Origin: Bacillota bacterium
GTDB lineage: Bacteria; Bacillota; Halanaerobiia; Halanaerobiales; Halarsenatibacteraceae
DNA: 64,000 nucleotides
Direction: 5' to 3'
Assembly: GCA_051745425.1 (NCBI GenBank)
Contig: JBNJEB010000001.1
Coordinates: 23,320 to 87,319 of the forward strand
Part shown: positions 18,795 through 30,579 of the stretch, in pieces
Numbering within the stretch: the stretch's first letter is position 1
How the letters are laid out: each line of letters starts with the position of its first letter
The notes under the pieces: model-generated
Databases searched by the model: none
Told to the model about the DNA's origin: nothing
What the model saw: only the letters and a program-made list of their open reading frames with translations
Position numbers and translations under genes: made by a program

Positions 18795-19814
18795 TTAGTT
18801 TTTATCCTTATTTTTCTTCTGCTTTTCTTGTTTCTTTTGAGTTTTATCCCGTTCTTCATCCTGGGATGATGATATACTTTTCCGCATCTTGGTATCAGAT
18901 TCTATATTTTTAAAGTTCATATAATCCATAACACCTAAATTACCATTTCTAAAGGCTTCAGCCATGGCAAGAGGTACTTCAGCTTCTGCCTCAACAACCT
19001 TGGCCTGCATTTCCTGAACTCTGGCCTTCATCTCCTGTTCTTCAGCAACAGCCATAGCTCTTCTTTCTTCAGCCTTAGCCTGGGCAATATCTTTATCGGC
19101 TTCAGCCTGGTCTTTCTGTAAGGTTGCACCGATATTCTTACCAACATCAACATCAGCAATATCAATTGATAGAATTTCATAGGCTGTCCCTGAATCAAGG
19201 CCTTTCTCAAGCACTGTCTTGGAGATAGAATCAGGATTTTCTAAAACATTTTTATGAGATTTAGCAGAACCTACTGTTGTAACAATACCTTCACCAACTC
19301 TGGCCAGAACTGTCTCTTCGCCTGCTCCACCTACTAAACGTTCAATATTTGCTCTAACAGTAACTCTGGCGGTAGCCATTACCTGAATACCATCCATTGC
19401 AACTGCAGTTACAACCGGTGTCTGAATAACCTTTGGATTAACACTCATTTTAACAGCCTCTAAAACCTTTCTACCGGCAAGGTCAATGGCAGCTGCCCGT
19501 TCAAAGGTAAGCTCAATTTCAGCCCTGTGAGCCGCTATTAAAGCGTCAACAACTTCATCAACATTACCTCCGGCCAGATAATGGGCCTCAAGCTTATCGC
19601 TGCTTAATTTAAGTCCTGCCTTATGGGTCTTGATCATCGGGCCAACTATCTGTCCTGGTGGAACCCTCCTTAATCTCATTCCTATTAGATTAAAGAATCC
19701 AATCTTAACACCAGCAGCTGTTGCAGAAATCCATAAACCCAGTGGAATAAAATAGAAAAATACAATTAGAAATAAAATTACTAAAACAATAATCGCAATT
19801 GAAAAAATATCCAT
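18795..19814 (-). CDS. floA: flotillin-like protein FloA (UPF0365/YqfA)
   Basis: N-terminal TM followed by an SPFH-like body. Sequence [31 protein letters not shown] is typical of YqfA. Confidence 0.85.
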   Translation of the reverse strand: MDIFSIAIIVLVILFLIVFFYFIPLGLWISATAAGVKIGFFNLIGMRLRRVPPGQIVGPMIKTHKAGLKLSSDKLEAHYLAGGNVDEVVDALIAAHRAEIELTFERAAAIDLAGRKVLEAVKMSVNPKVIQTPVVTAVAMDGIQVMATARVTVRANIERLVGGAGEETVLARVGEGIVTTVGSAKSHKNVLENPDSISKTVLEKGLDSGTAYEILSIDIADVDVGKNIGATLQKDQAEADKDIAQAKAEERRAMAVAEEQEMKARVQEMQAKVVEAEAEVPLAMAEAFRNGNLGVMDYMNFKNIESDTKMRKSISSSQDEERDKTQKKQEKQKKNKDKN

Positions 19815-19818
19815 TCTC

Positions 19819-21123
19819 TTACTCCTCCTTTTTAGGTTTCACAATAACTCTTCTACCTTCAACTTTTATAACAGTAACAGTTGTCTCAGCCTCGATATAA
19901 CCGCCTTCACTAACAACATCGATTCTTTCACCATCAAAATCAGCTATTCCAGCCGGTCTTAAAGTACTAACAGTTCTACCTGTCTTACCGACTAAATCCT
20001 TATAATCTTTACTGGAGACATAACCGGTCTCAGTTGTTAGACTTTCACCCAGTGAAATCCTCCTCCAGAAATAACTTGTCCCAAACAGTTTAATTAATAA
20101 TATTGTTCCAATTGTAGAAAAGACTAATACTGCAGCAAGAATAGTCCAGGCCATAGAAGAATCTGGAAAAATGAAAAATAGACTGGCAAAAATTGCTGCA
20201 ATTCCTGTAACACCAGTAAAACCAAAGCCTGGGATTACAAATATTTCAATAGCTATCAATAATAGCCCGGCCAAAAATAAAACTATCAGACCCATGCCTG
20301 CATAGCCCTGAATTAAATATCCAGAGAAAAATAAAGCAAGACTGGCAACTCCAATTGTCCCACTAACACCAAAACCTGGTATTAAAGCCTCACCAACTAA
20401 AGCTATAATCCCTAAAGACAGCAAGAAAACTGACGCGTAGGGGTTTGTTATAAAACCTGCAAAGTTTTCCAGACCTGTCTTTTCTATCCTGACTAAATCT
20501 GCTTCAGCATATCCAAGTTCATCTAATAGTTCATCAAAATTAGAAAATCTGCCTTCAGTAAATCCTAGCTCTTCAGCCTGAGATGATGTCATTGATAGTA
20601 ATTTACCACTCTCTATCACATCTTCAATCTCAATATCAGCATCTACCATAGCAGCCGCAATTTCAGGATCTCTATCTCTTCTCTCAGCTGTAGCTGCAAA
20701 TTCAGATCTCAAAGCCGAGATATACTTTTCATCATAGGGCCTTGTTTCTGCAGCCCCCATACTGCTTCCTTCACTCATATAAATCCTATCAGCACCCAGA
20801 GCAACTAACGTGCCTGCCGACCAGGCTCGATTACTTATATATGCAACTACTTCTCCAGGATAATTAACCAACTGATCTCTTAATGAGATACCGGCATCTA
20901 CCAGGCCACCATAGGTATCGACATCAACTATTACAAGCTCGGCCTGATTCTCCAGGGCCTCTTCTAAACCTCTATCTAAAAATGAAACCATCCCTGGATC
21001 TACATCGCCATGGAGAGGAATAAAATAAACTCTAGCTGAAACAGGTACTGTTAATATTAATATAAATAAAATTCCGAAAATAATACTCAAAAGAATCCTA
21101 TTCAATTTCATTTTTTCTGGCAT
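19819..21123 (-). CDS. NfeD-family membrane-bound ClpP-class serine protease (YqeZ-like)
   Basis: Signal peptide, ClpP-like domain, multi-TM block, and a C-terminal NfeD OB-fold. Paired with floA. Confidence 0.8.
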   Translation of the reverse strand: MPEKMKLNRILLSIIFGILFILILTVPVSARVYFIPLHGDVDPGMVSFLDRGLEEALENQAELVIVDVDTYGGLVDAGISLRDQLVNYPGEVVAYISNRAWSAGTLVALGADRIYMSEGSSMGAAETRPYDEKYISALRSEFAATAERRDRDPEIAAAMVDADIEIEDVIESGKLLSMTSSQAEELGFTEGRFSNFDELLDELGYAEADLVRIEKTGLENFAGFITNPYASVFLLSLGIIALVGEALIPGFGVSGTIGVASLALFFSGYLIQGYAGMGLIVLFLAGLLLIAIEIFVIPGFGFTGVTGIAAIFASLFFIFPDSSMAWTILAAVLVFSTIGTILLIKLFGTSYFWRRISLGESLTTETGYVSSKDYKDLVGKTGRTVSTLRPAGIADFDGERIDVVSEGGYIEAETTVTVIKVEGRRVIVKPKKEE

Positions 21124-21141
21124 ATTTACTCCTCCTTAAAT

Positions 21142-21477
21142 TTAGCCAGGAGGCCACTGGAGTTGCCTGCCGCCTAAAAGATGGAAGTGGAGATGATCGA
21201 CTGTCTGGCCACCTTCTGGACCACAGTTATTGACAATTCTAAAACCATCTTCAAGACCTCTTTCCTCAGCCAGTTCAACGGCAACCTGATGGGCCCTGCC
21301 AACCAAATCATAATCTTTAACATCTAAAATAGATGGAATATGCTCTTTAGGAACAACCAGCAGGTGAACTGGTGCCTGAGCATTTATGTCAGCAAAGACC
21401 ATAATATCATCATCTTCATAGACAAACTCGGTATCCATCTCACCATCTCTTATCCTGCAAAAAATACAATCATCCAA
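21142..21477 (-). CDS. HIT-family nucleotide hydrolase
   Basis: Histidine triad HLHFHLLGG. 111 aa. Confidence 0.9.
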   Translation of the reverse strand: MDDCIFCRIRDGEMDTEFVYEDDDIMVFADINAQAPVHLLVVPKEHIPSILDVKDYDLVGRAHQVAVELAEERGLEDGFRIVNNCGPEGGQTVDHLHFHLLGGRQLQWPPG

Positions 21478-21554
21478 AGTTATCCCTCCTTGAAAATGTA
21501 TTTAATTAAAGCTTTACTTGATTATACCATAGAATTAAAAATTTTGCAGATAAT

Positions 21555-22895
21555 TTATTCTATTATTTTTACAGGATAGGGCTCTCCACCATTAGGCTTT
21601 AATAACTTTACAGTTTTCAATTTATTAACTAAAGCTTCCTGATATTCAACTCCGACCCGGATATAATTTCCTGTATAGCCAGTTATCATTCCAGCATCAC
21701 AATTATCTTCAAAGAGAACTTCAAGCTGCTCCCCACTGATAGATTTCCGGTAATCCAGGGCCAATTTTTCTCCTAATTGATTCAAGCGATTATACCGCTC
21801 CTTTTTTAGATCACCATCTATATCATCTTTCATTCTTGCAGCTGGAGTGCCTGGCCTGGGAGAATAAGAAAAAATATGAAGCCTGCTGAAACCAATCTTT
21901 TCAACAACTTTTAAGGTCTCTTTAAAATCTTCTTCTGTCTCTCCAGGAAAACCAACAATAACATCAGTAGTCAGACCAATTCCAGGAATCCTGTTTTTAA
22001 TATTCTCAATATAATTTAAAAATTCCTGTTGATTATATGGTCTATTCATTTTTTCTAAAATCCTGGCACTTCCACTCTGTAAAGGCAGGTGCAGATGTGA
22101 ACAGATCTTATCTGAATTGCTCATAACTTCAAGCATTGAATCAGTAACCTCACCGGCTTCAATTGAACTTAATCTTATCCTAAAATTCCCTTCAATCTTA
22201 ATTAAGTCTCTTAAAAGATCAGCTAAATAATCTTTTTCGCCATTAAAATCCTTACCATAAGCACCAAGGTGAATCCCGGTCAAAACAAACTCTTTTACAC
22301 CCTGGTCTACCAATCTCAAAAATTCTGCCTTTACAGCTTCCTGAGACCGACTCCTAATCCTGCCTCTGGCATATGGTATTATACAATAACTACAAAATTG
22401 ATCGCAGCCATCCTGAATTTTGATGTTAGCCCTGGTTGTCTGATTTAAATCAACAAGCTTAAATTCCTGAAATTTATCGATATCCCCATATTCTTCTCGA
22501 CTGCCTAACCACCTATCATTACCATCAGCCTTTAAATCATTCAAAAGCTCAATCAGGTTATCTTTATTAGATGTTGAAACTAAATAATCAACTTCCTCTA
22601 CATCTTCAACCTCCTCTGGAGAAACCTGGGTATAACAACCTGCCATAATAACAATAGAATTCTCACCGCCCCGTCTTTTAGCCTGTCGGGCCAGACTTCT
22701 AGATTTACTGGCTGCTGAAATTGTTACAGCACAACTATTTATTAAATATAAATCAGCCTCTGCTTCAAAATCCACCACCTGATAACCGGCATTTTTAAAC
22801 ATCTGTTCTAATGCTTCAGCTTCATATTGATTAACTCTACAGCCTAAATTCTTGATTGCTGCTTTTACATCTGAATTCACCATTGAAATCACCAT
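21555..22895 (-). CDS. mtaB: tRNA methylthiotransferase MtaB (MiaB-like, YqeV)
   Basis: UPF0004 N-domain, radical SAM CDQFCSYC, and a C-terminal TRAM domain. The true start may be ATG 22881-22883. Confidence 0.85.
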   Translation of the reverse strand: MVISMVNSDVKAAIKNLGCRVNQYEAEALEQMFKNAGYQVVDFEAEADLYLINSCAVTISAASKSRSLARQAKRRGGENSIVIMAGCYTQVSPEEVEDVEEVDYLVSTSNKDNLIELLNDLKADGNDRWLGSREEYGDIDKFQEFKLVDLNQTTRANIKIQDGCDQFCSYCIIPYARGRIRSRSQEAVKAEFLRLVDQGVKEFVLTGIHLGAYGKDFNGEKDYLADLLRDLIKIEGNFRIRLSSIEAGEVTDSMLEVMSNSDKICSHLHLPLQSGSARILEKMNRPYNQQEFLNYIENIKNRIPGIGLTTDVIVGFPGETEEDFKETLKVVEKIGFSRLHIFSYSPRPGTPAARMKDDIDGDLKKERYNRLNQLGEKLALDYRKSISGEQLEVLFEDNCDAGMITGYTGNYIRVGVEYQEALVNKLKTVKLLKPNGGEPYPVKIIE

Positions 22896-22901
22896 CCAAA
22901 A

Positions 22902-23666
22902 TCATATTTCTCCTCTTTCATATAATATCAAACCAGTAACAAGTGGGGCAACAGTTTCAGTTCTTAAAATTCGCGGTCCTAAATTAAATCCAAAGCCATT
23001 ATCTGAAGATAAAACATCTTCTATTTCAGAATCAGTAAAACCACCTTCCGGGCCAACTAAAAGTAAAATCCTTAAATCTTCATATTCAGAATTTATTTCA
23101 AGGCCATTAACCACCTCTTTTAATCTTTTAGCCTCATTCCTTGCTCGGGCTAGCAAAATAGCATCAAACTCAGAAAAGTTTTCTCTAAGTTTTTTCAAAT
23201 CAACTGGCTCATATATCTCAGGAATTTCCCCTCGTTCTGATTGGCGGGCAGCTTCTTTGATTATCTTCTTCCAGCGACTTAATTTTTTCTCTTTTTTTGA
23301 TTCTTTAATCTTAACAACAGTTCTGGCAGTCTCTAAAGGATAAAATCCGACAGCTCCAATTTCTGTCGACTTCTGAAGAACATATTCAAAATTATCTTTT
23401 TTTGCAATGGCCTGAGCAATAAAAATCTGAGTCTGAGGTTCGCCGGTGGTTTCGCCAATCGATTCAATTCTAGATTCAGCAGATTTTTCGCCAACTTCCA
23501 GGATCTCAACTTTATATTTTAAGCCAGCACCATCAAGCAATAATATCCTATCCCCTGAGTTATAGCGAAGGCTATTAAAAATATGATTGTATAATTCACC
23601 GGCTATAGGTACAATATCGCCTTCTTTTAAATTATCTGGTTTATTTTTAAGAAAGAATCTTCGCAT
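22902..23666 (-). CDS. rsmE: 16S rRNA (uracil1498-N3)-methyltransferase RsmE
   Basis: RsmE/YqeU SPOUT family. Probable start at ATG 23664-23666 (MRRFFL). Confidence 0.85.
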   Translation of the reverse strand: MRRFFLKNKPDNLKEGDIVPIAGELYNHIFNSLRYNSGDRILLLDGAGLKYKVEILEVGEKSAESRIESIGETTGEPQTQIFIAQAIAKKDNFEYVLQKSTEIGAVGFYPLETARTVVKIKESKKEKKLSRWKKIIKEAARQSERGEIPEIYEPVDLKKLRENFSEFDAILLARARNEAKRLKEVVNGLEINSEYEDLRILLLVGPEGGFTDSEIEDVLSSDNGFGFNLGPRILRTETVAPLVTGLILYERGEI

Positions 23667-24555
23667 TATCATCACCCCGCCTGGCAATTAATGACCGCCA
23701 TTCATTTCTCTCAATTTCTTTAATTAAATCAAACCCATTATCTATCAGTCTTTCTTTTAATTCTTCAGACTGTTTGTCAATATAGCCACTTAAGATAAGA
23801 AAGCCGTTATTAGAAACTTTATTAATAATATCTTTAAAATTTGCATGAATTAAAGGTGCAAGCAGATTAGAGATAACCAGTTCAAATTCTTTAAGTTCAA
23901 ACTGGCCAATATCACCAACAATTGTATCTATTTCTTCTGACAAATTATTATACTTTAAATTATTAATACAGTTTTCTATAGCAACATCTGAAATATCAAT
24001 AGCAGTTACCTGATCTATACCAAGCATTTTGCCGCCAATTGCTAGAATTCCACTGCCAGTTCCAATATCAAGCATTGATTCAAGCCTGGTTTCTTTAATT
24101 AAGCCAGTTAAATTAGCTAAAGCCAGATAAGTACTTTCATGACTGCCGGTGCCAAAGGCCTGACCGGGATCAATTATTATTTTCTTTCTACTGTTACTTT
24201 CAAATTCATCAATTTTCCAGGGAGGCAGAATAATCCAGTCATCCTCAACTTTTACTGGCTGATAATTCTCCCGCCAGTTATCAATCCAGTTCTTCTCACT
24301 ATATAATTCTCTCATTAAAGTAAAACTAAAATCTTCTGTTTTTAAATAGGAATTCAGTTTAAGCCAGTATTTATCATAGCGTTTATCTTCAGGTTTTTCT
24401 CCAGAACCTGTTATCTTTCTATAACCAGAAAATAAAATTCTGCCGTCAGCAAGGCTTTCAACAAGAAACCCCTCAGGAAAAACCTGAGAGTATAATTCCT
24501 CGCCGTTAGCCTCGAATTCTGACGGCAGTTTTAAATGATATACTATATAATTCAT
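23647..24555 (-). CDS. prmA: ribosomal protein L11 methyltransferase
   Basis: PrmA family with SAM motif LDIGTGSGILAI. Confidence 0.9.
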   Translation of the reverse strand: MNYIVYHLKLPSEFEANGEELYSQVFPEGFLVESLADGRILFSGYRKITGSGEKPEDKRYDKYWLKLNSYLKTEDFSFTLMRELYSEKNWIDNWRENYQPVKVEDDWIILPPWKIDEFESNSRKKIIIDPGQAFGTGSHESTYLALANLTGLIKETRLESMLDIGTGSGILAIGGKMLGIDQVTAIDISDVAIENCINNLKYNNLSEEIDTIVGDIGQFELKEFELVISNLLAPLIHANFKDIINKVSNNGFLILSGYIDKQSEELKERLIDNGFDLIKEIERNEWRSLIARRGDDNAKILS

Positions 24556-25697
24556 TAGTTACCTCCAAAAGCATCCTTCACTCGACTAAAAAAGCCTTTA
24601 CTTTCTGGATTAATCTCATCTCCACTTATCTTAGCAAACTTCTGGAGAAGTTCTTTCTGCTCAGAACTAAGAGACTTTGGAATAACAACTTTAATCTTAA
24701 TATACTGATCACCACGACCACTGGAACGGAGGTGATTAATACCTTTATTTTTAAGACGAAGGCTATCTCCTGGTTGTGTTCCTTCAGGAATTTTTAATTT
24801 AACTTCCCCCTCTAGAGTTGGGACCTGAATTTCATCGCCTAGAGCTGCCTGCACAAAATTAATTGGCAGTTCATAATAGACATCATCGCCTTTCCGTTCA
24901 AATAAATCATGGGGTTTAACATCTACTCTGACAAAGAGATCTCCTGACGGGCCGCCTCGTTTACCGACACCACCTTTACCAGAAAGCCTTATCCTCTGGC
25001 CACTGGAAATACCTGCTGGTATTTCAACTTTAATATCCCTTCTCCTGGTCACCCGTCCTTCACCGTTACAATCAGGACATGGTTCATCAATGATCTCTCC
25101 TTTGCCCTGACAGCGATCACAGGTCTTAATCTGAGCCATATTGCCAAATGGTGTTCTCTGATTAACCCTTATCTGACCGCTACCATCACATTTAGGACAG
25201 GTTCTTGGATTACTACCTGGTTTAGCCCCTGAACCATCACAGGTCTGACAGGTCTCCTGTCTTGGAATTCTAATAGTTTTTTCAGTTCCAAAGGCAGCAT
25301 CTTCAAAGGAAATCTCCATTCGATACTCTAAATCTCTTCCCCGGGTAGGCCTATTCTGAGAGCGTTGACCCATTCCAGAAAATCCGCCTCCACCCATGAA
25401 CATTTCAAAGAGGTCTTCTAAACCACCAAAACCGCCACGGGCGAAGTCATCATAATTGAAATCATCATCACCAATACCGGCATGACCATATTGATCATAG
25501 CGGGCTCTTTTATCTTCATCACTTAAAATGCCATAGGCTTCTGAGATTTCTTTAAATTTTTCACTGGCTTCAGGATCATCTGGATTACGATCAGGATGAT
25601 ATTTTTTAGCCAGCTTTCTATATGCTTTTTTGATTTCTTTCTGATCGGCGTCTTTATCGACACCTAAAATTTCATAATAATCTTTTTGGCTAGCCAT
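24555..25697 (-). CDS. dnaJ: chaperone DnaJ
   Basis: J domain with HPD, a G/F-rich region, and four CxxCxGxG zinc repeats. Confidence 0.95.
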   Translation of the reverse strand: MASQKDYYEILGVDKDADQKEIKKAYRKLAKKYHPDRNPDDPEASEKFKEISEAYGILSDEDKRARYDQYGHAGIGDDDFNYDDFARGGFGGLEDLFEMFMGGGGFSGMGQRSQNRPTRGRDLEYRMEISFEDAAFGTEKTIRIPRQETCQTCDGSGAKPGSNPRTCPKCDGSGQIRVNQRTPFGNMAQIKTCDRCQGKGEIIDEPCPDCNGEGRVTRRRDIKVEIPAGISSGQRIRLSGKGGVGKRGGPSGDLFVRVDVKPHDLFERKGDDVYYELPINFVQAALGDEIQVPTLEGEVKLKIPEGTQPGDSLRLKNKGINHLRSSGRGDQYIKIKVVIPKSLSSEQKELLQKFAKISGDEINPESKGFFSRVKDAFGGN

Positions 25698-25728
25698 AAT
25701 GAATCACCTTCCTGCAATTAGAAAAACA

Positions 25729-25765
25729 GGTAAAAGAAGGGAGCAAACAACTCCCTCCTTTTACC
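25729..25765 (-). terminator. hairpin/partial terminator between dnaK and dnaJ
   Basis: 15-bp minus-strand stem GGUAAAAGGAGGGAG...CUCCCUUCUUUUACC (one mismatch) followed by UGUUUUU. Confidence 0.55.
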
Positions 25766-25780
25766 AATACATCATTTTTA

Positions 25781-27643
25781 TTAATTTCTATCTTCTTCAT
25801 CGACTTCCTCATAATCTACATCTATAGTGTCGTCATCTTCTGAATCAGCACTTTCCTGCTGACCTGCAGCTCCAGCCTGTCCTTCTGCAGCCTGTTCAGC
25901 AGCTTCCTGCTTGGAATATAGCTCCTGACTCAATTCAGTCATCTCTTCAGTTAATGTTTCCATCTTTTCATCAATTAAATCAATATCTATTTCTTCACCT
26001 TCAAGGGCTGATTCTAGATCTTCTTTTGCTTTTTCAACTTTTTCAACCAGTGCATCATCAACATCATCACCGGCTTCATCCAGAGTCTTTTCTACAGAAT
26101 GGACCATAGCTTCAGCTTCATTTTTCTTTTCAATTCTTTCAACTTTCTTTTTATCTTCTTCTGCATGCTCCTCAGCCTCTTTTACCATCTCTTCAATTTC
26201 TTCTTCACTTAAACCGCTATCTGATTTGATGGTAATATTCTGTTCATTGCCAGTACCTTTATCTTTAGCTGAGACATTAACGATACCATTTTCATCTATA
26301 TCAAAAGTAACTTCAATCTGTGGAACACCTCTTGGAGCAGGTGGTATATCAGTTAACTGGAAGCGTCCAAGAGTCTTGTTATGCTTGGCCATCTTTCTTT
26401 CACCCTGGAGTACATGGATATCCACAGTTGTCTGATTATCTTCAGCAGTTGAGAACACCTTACTCTTAGATGTTGGTATTGTTGTATTTCTATCAATTAA
26501 TTTGGTAAATACTCCGCCAAGTGTTTCAATACCTAATGATAATGGAGTTACATCAAGGAGAACTAAATCATCAACATCTCCTGAAAGAACTCCAGCCTGA
26601 ATGGCAGCACCAACGGCTACAACTTCATCAGGATTAATTCCTTTGTTAGGAGCTTTACCAACCCGTTCTTCTACAGCTTCCTGAACAGCAGGTATTCTGG
26701 TTGAACCACCAACAAGAATTACTTCATCAATCTCGCCATTGCTGATCCCTGCATCTTCAAGAGCCTGCTTGGTTGGTCCCATTGTTTTTTCAATAAGATC
26801 CTCAGTTAGTTCATTGAATTTAGCTCTTGTTATATCAACATCAAGATGCTTTGGTCCATCATCAGTCTGAGTTATAAATGGAAGATTTACATTGGTTTCT
26901 TTGACACTGGATAATTCAATCTTTGCTTTTTCAGCAGCATCCTTTAAGCGCTGAAGTGCCATTTTATCTTTCTTTAAATCTATTCCATACTCATTCTTGA
27001 ATTCTGATGCCAGATAATCTATTATTCTTTCATCAAAATCGTCTCCACCTAATTTATTATTACCACTGGTAGCTACAACTTCAAAGACTCCATCACCAAT
27101 TTCAAGAATTGAAACATCAAATGTACCTCCACCAAGATCAAAGACCAAAATTGTCTGATCTTTATCATCATCAAGACCATAGGCCAGAGCAGCAGCTGTC
27201 GGCTCATTAATTATTCTCTTTACCTCTAAACCAGCAATCTTACCGGCATCTTTTGTAGCCTGACGCTGACTATCGCTGAAATATGCTGGAACGGTAATTA
27301 CAGCTTCCTCAATTCCCTGGCCTAGATAATCTTCGGCATCCCTTTTCATCTTCTGAAGAATCATTGAAGAAATCTCCTGAGGAGTATATTCTTCACCTTT
27401 AAGATTAACCTTATAATCTGTACCCATCTCTCTTTTAATGGATTGTACTGTCTGATCTGCATTTGTTATTGCCTGACGCTTGGCATGTTCACCAACAATT
27501 CTTTCTCCTTTTTTATTATAGGCAACAACAGAAGGTGTTGTTCTGCCACCCTCTTTGTTTGGAATAACAGTTGGTTCATCACCTTCCATTACAGCCATAC
27601 ATGAATTGGTTGTTCCTAAGTCAATACCTAATATTTTACCCAT
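25781..27643 (-). CDS. dnaK: chaperone DnaK (Hsp70)
   Basis: Canonical Hsp70 sequence ([17 protein letters not shown]) with an acidic C-terminal tail. Confidence 0.97.
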   Translation of the reverse strand: MGKILGIDLGTTNSCMAVMEGDEPTVIPNKEGGRTTPSVVAYNKKGERIVGEHAKRQAITNADQTVQSIKREMGTDYKVNLKGEEYTPQEISSMILQKMKRDAEDYLGQGIEEAVITVPAYFSDSQRQATKDAGKIAGLEVKRIINEPTAAALAYGLDDDKDQTILVFDLGGGTFDVSILEIGDGVFEVVATSGNNKLGGDDFDERIIDYLASEFKNEYGIDLKKDKMALQRLKDAAEKAKIELSSVKETNVNLPFITQTDDGPKHLDVDITRAKFNELTEDLIEKTMGPTKQALEDAGISNGEIDEVILVGGSTRIPAVQEAVEERVGKAPNKGINPDEVVAVGAAIQAGVLSGDVDDLVLLDVTPLSLGIETLGGVFTKLIDRNTTIPTSKSKVFSTAEDNQTTVDIHVLQGERKMAKHNKTLGRFQLTDIPPAPRGVPQIEVTFDIDENGIVNVSAKDKGTGNEQNITIKSDSGLSEEEIEEMVKEAEEHAEEDKKKVERIEKKNEAEAMVHSVEKTLDEAGDDVDDALVEKVEKAKEDLESALEGEEIDIDLIDEKMETLTEEMTELSQELYSKQEAAEQAAEGQAGAAGQQESADSEDDDTIDVDYEEVDEEDRN

Positions 27644-27675
27644 TATAACATCCTCCTTAAAACATTTTTTATATT

Positions 27676-28263
27676 TTAACCAGCTACTTTAACCATAGCC
27701 GGTCTAACAACGACATCTTCATAAAGATAACCTTTTTGAACTTCCTCAACAACTGTTCCCTCTTCTTCATCTGACTCTACTTTTTCAACTGCTTCATGAT
27801 ATTCATGATCAAATTCTTCTCCAATAGCCTGTATCTTTTTAACCCCTTCCTGTTCTAAAACAGTCCAGAGTTGCCGATAAATCATCTCTACACCCTGAGA
27901 AAAACTATTATCCTCACAGCCGCTGGCCAGAGCTCTTTCAAAATTGTCTAAAACAGGAAGAAGTTGCTCAATTATTTCAACTTTATATTTTATAGCCAGT
28001 TCTGATTTTTCTTCCCTGGTTCTTCTTCGATAATTGGCAAAATCGGCCTGAGAACGCTTTAATTTATTTAAATATTTTTGGCTTTCTTCTTCTAAACTCT
28101 CAACCTGCTCTTCCAACCTATCAATCTTTTCCTGCATCTCTGCAGGCTCTAAGACACATTCAACTGCTTCATCTTTTTCTTCTTCAACGTTTTCCGTTTT
28201 ATTCTGCTCATCAGTATTCATTTCCTCATCAAATTCTTCATTTGGAGAACCCATATTTATCAC
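27676..28263 (-). CDS. grpE: nucleotide exchange factor GrpE
   Basis: GrpE family (coiled coil plus beta domain). Located between hrcA and dnaK. Confidence 0.9.
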   Translation of the reverse strand: MINMGSPNEEFDEEMNTDEQNKTENVEEEKDEAVECVLEPAEMQEKIDRLEEQVESLEEESQKYLNKLKRSQADFANYRRRTREEKSELAIKYKVEIIEQLLPVLDNFERALASGCEDNSFSQGVEMIYRQLWTVLEQEGVKKIQAIGEEFDHEYHEAVEKVESDEEEGTVVEEVQKGYLYEDVVVRPAMVKVAG

Positions 28264-29303
28264 CTACCTGTACTAGAAATTAACTTACTCAATAATTCTG
28301 CAGCCAGATCAACTGAAGATATTACTTTTGAATATTCCATTCTGGTCGGACCAATAATACCTATCTGCCCGCTGGCTCCTTTAGCAATATGATATCTAGC
28401 CAGAACCAGACTGCAATTTTCCATATCTTCTACTTCATTCTCAGTTCCAATCTTTATTGAAAGTTCATCATTGATATTATTTAAGATTTTTCTCAGTTCT
28501 TCTTCTCGGTCAAGAATTCTTAAGACCTTCTTTAAGCGATTAACATCATTGAATTCAGGCTGTTCTAAAATATATGAAGTTCCATCTAAATGAATCTTCA
28601 TACCATTTTTAGTTGATATATTTGACATCTCTTTTTGCAGTGATTCCAAAATTTCAGCCGTATAGTTAATTCTGCGCTGTAATTCATGCTGAAGATTATT
28701 TAAAAATGCCTGATCCATTTCATCTATTAAAACACCCTTTAACCGCTTATTCAAGATCTTATTTATATCCTCTAACTGCTTATCATCTAAATCTTTGTTC
28801 AGGTTTATTATTTTATTATTAACCAGACCATTATCTGTTATTACTACCAGGAGTAATCTCTTCTTACTAACCGGTAATAATTGTATTCGACTAACTTTAC
28901 TTTCAGAAAAAGCCGGCTCACTGATAAAAGCTGTGTAATGAGTCAAATTAGCTAGCAACCTTGTCATACCAGACATTACATCTTCAATACCAGAATATTG
29001 ATTTGCCAGCTGCTGTAGATAATTTTCAATTGATGATGGAGAATTTAATTCACTCTTCTTAAGATTATCCACATAAAAACGATATCCCAGATCAGTCGGG
29101 ATACGTCCAGCTGAAGTATGTGGTTGTTCTAATAAACCCATCTCTTCTAAATCAGCCATTTCATTTCTAATTGTAGCAGGACTAAAACCGAAATCATACT
29201 TCTTGGCAAGAGTTCTAGATCCAACCGGTTCAGCAGTTAGAATATGCTCCTGGATGATGGTCTTTAATACTCTAATCTTCCTGTCAGTCATTTCTTCAAC
29301 CAT
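28260..29303 (-). CDS. hrcA: heat-inducible repressor HrcA
   Basis: HrcA family (winged helix: PVGSRTLAKKY). ATG 29301-29303 lies behind GAGGTGA. Confidence 0.9.
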   Translation of the reverse strand: MVEEMTDRKIRVLKTIIQEHILTAEPVGSRTLAKKYDFGFSPATIRNEMADLEEMGLLEQPHTSAGRIPTDLGYRFYVDNLKKSELNSPSSIENYLQQLANQYSGIEDVMSGMTRLLANLTHYTAFISEPAFSESKVSRIQLLPVSKKRLLLVVITDNGLVNNKIINLNKDLDDKQLEDINKILNKRLKGVLIDEMDQAFLNNLQHELQRRINYTAEILESLQKEMSNISTKNGMKIHLDGTSYILEQPEFNDVNRLKKVLRILDREEELRKILNNINDELSIKIGTENEVEDMENCSLVLARYHIAKGASGQIGIIGPTRMEYSKVISSVDLAAELLSKLISSTGR

Positions 29304-29318
29304 CTTAATCACCTCTGT

Positions 29319-29345
29319 TTAGCACTCAATACTAGAGAGTGCTAA
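29319..29345. promoter_or_regulatory. CIRCE operator (HrcA binding site)
   Basis: Perfect consensus inverted repeat TTAGCACTC-N9-GAGTGCTAA immediately upstream of hrcA. Confidence 0.9.
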
Positions 29346-29391
29346 TAACTATTTATAAAATACCATACTGATAATTTTTTGTCAAGGCTGA

Positions 29392-30579
29392 TTAGTCAAT
29401 AAAAGCTAAAAAAACCTTATTAGCAAATAACTTACCTCTATCAGTTAATTTAATAACTCTATCAGATGATTTTAATAAACCCTTATTAATTAAATCCCTT
29501 ATTTTTTTATTATAAAAATACTCAACTGTTTCACCAAATAATTCCTTAAACTCTGCTTTTAAAATTCCTCTGTCCATTCTTAAGCCCAAAAACATAAATT
29601 CGCTTCTTAAATCTTTAATATCTGGTTCAATAAATTCTTGCATTAGGTTCTGTTTATTATCGATCAAATTAATATATGCTTCTAAATTCTTTTGATTCTC
29701 TACTCTATTAAGCTCAATGAAACTATGGGCTCCAGGACCAAGACCTATATAAGGAATAAATCTCCAGTAAGCGCTATTATGAGCAGATTGATAATCTGGT
29801 AAAGCATAACTTGAAATTTCATAATGATTATAACCAGCAGACTTCAGTATTTCATCAGTTTTTTGATAATTTCTTGCATCTATTTCTTCAGATATTGCAG
29901 GAAGATCTCCTTTAAGAACAGAATTATACAGTTTCGTTCCTTTTTCTAATTGCAGATTATAAATAGAAAAATGGTTAGGTTTATAAGCAACTAATTCTTT
30001 AAGGCTGGCCAGATAATCAGAACTATTCTGGCCTGGCAGACTGGAAATAACATCTATACTAAAATTTACCCCTATATCCTGGAAATATTCAATAACCTCT
30101 CTGGCCTTAGTAGCATCATGCCGTCTGCCCAGCAGTCTTAATTCAGCATCATTTAAAGACTGCACACCTAAACTAAATCTATTAATGCCTGCCTCTTTAT
30201 ACTCAAGCAGTCTTTCTCTAGAGTTTATATCTCCTGGATTTATTTCAATAGTAATTTCTGAATCTAATTTTAGGCCAAAGCTTGAATTTATTTTTTCTAT
30301 TATTAAACTAAAATCAGCTGGAGAAAATAAAGAGGGGGTGCCTCCTCCAAAATAGACTGTCGAAGGCTCTGGATATAAACTGCTAAACTGCTCCCCTGAT
30401 AACTCCAGCTCAATAATTAATGCTTTAATATATTCTTCTTGCAAATCAGACCTTCCAGTCACTGAATAAAAGTCACAGTAGGAGCATTTTGATTTACAGA
30501 ATGGAAAATGAAAATAGAGAGAAAGGCCTCTACTTCTAAATTTATTTAAGAGCTCTTTCTTTAAATTAGTCATCATCAT
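29392..30579 (-). CDS. hemW: radical SAM heme chaperone HemW (HemN-like)
   Basis: Radical SAM motif [13 protein letters not shown] plus a HemN_C-type C-terminus. Start is likely one of the ATGs at 30571-30579 (MMMTNLKK), not the ORF-track start inside lepA. Confidence 0.8.
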   Translation of the reverse strand: MMMTNLKKELLNKFRSRGLSLYFHFPFCKSKCSYCDFYSVTGRSDLQEEYIKALIIELELSGEQFSSLYPEPSTVYFGGGTPSLFSPADFSLIIEKINSSFGLKLDSEITIEINPGDINSRERLLEYKEAGINRFSLGVQSLNDAELRLLGRRHDATKAREVIEYFQDIGVNFSIDVISSLPGQNSSDYLASLKELVAYKPNHFSIYNLQLEKGTKLYNSVLKGDLPAISEEIDARNYQKTDEILKSAGYNHYEISSYALPDYQSAHNSAYWRFIPYIGLGPGAHSFIELNRVENQKNLEAYINLIDNKQNLMQEFIEPDIKDLRSEFMFLGLRMDRGILKAEFKELFGETVEYFYNKKIRDLINKGLLKSSDRVIKLTDRGKLFANKVFLAFID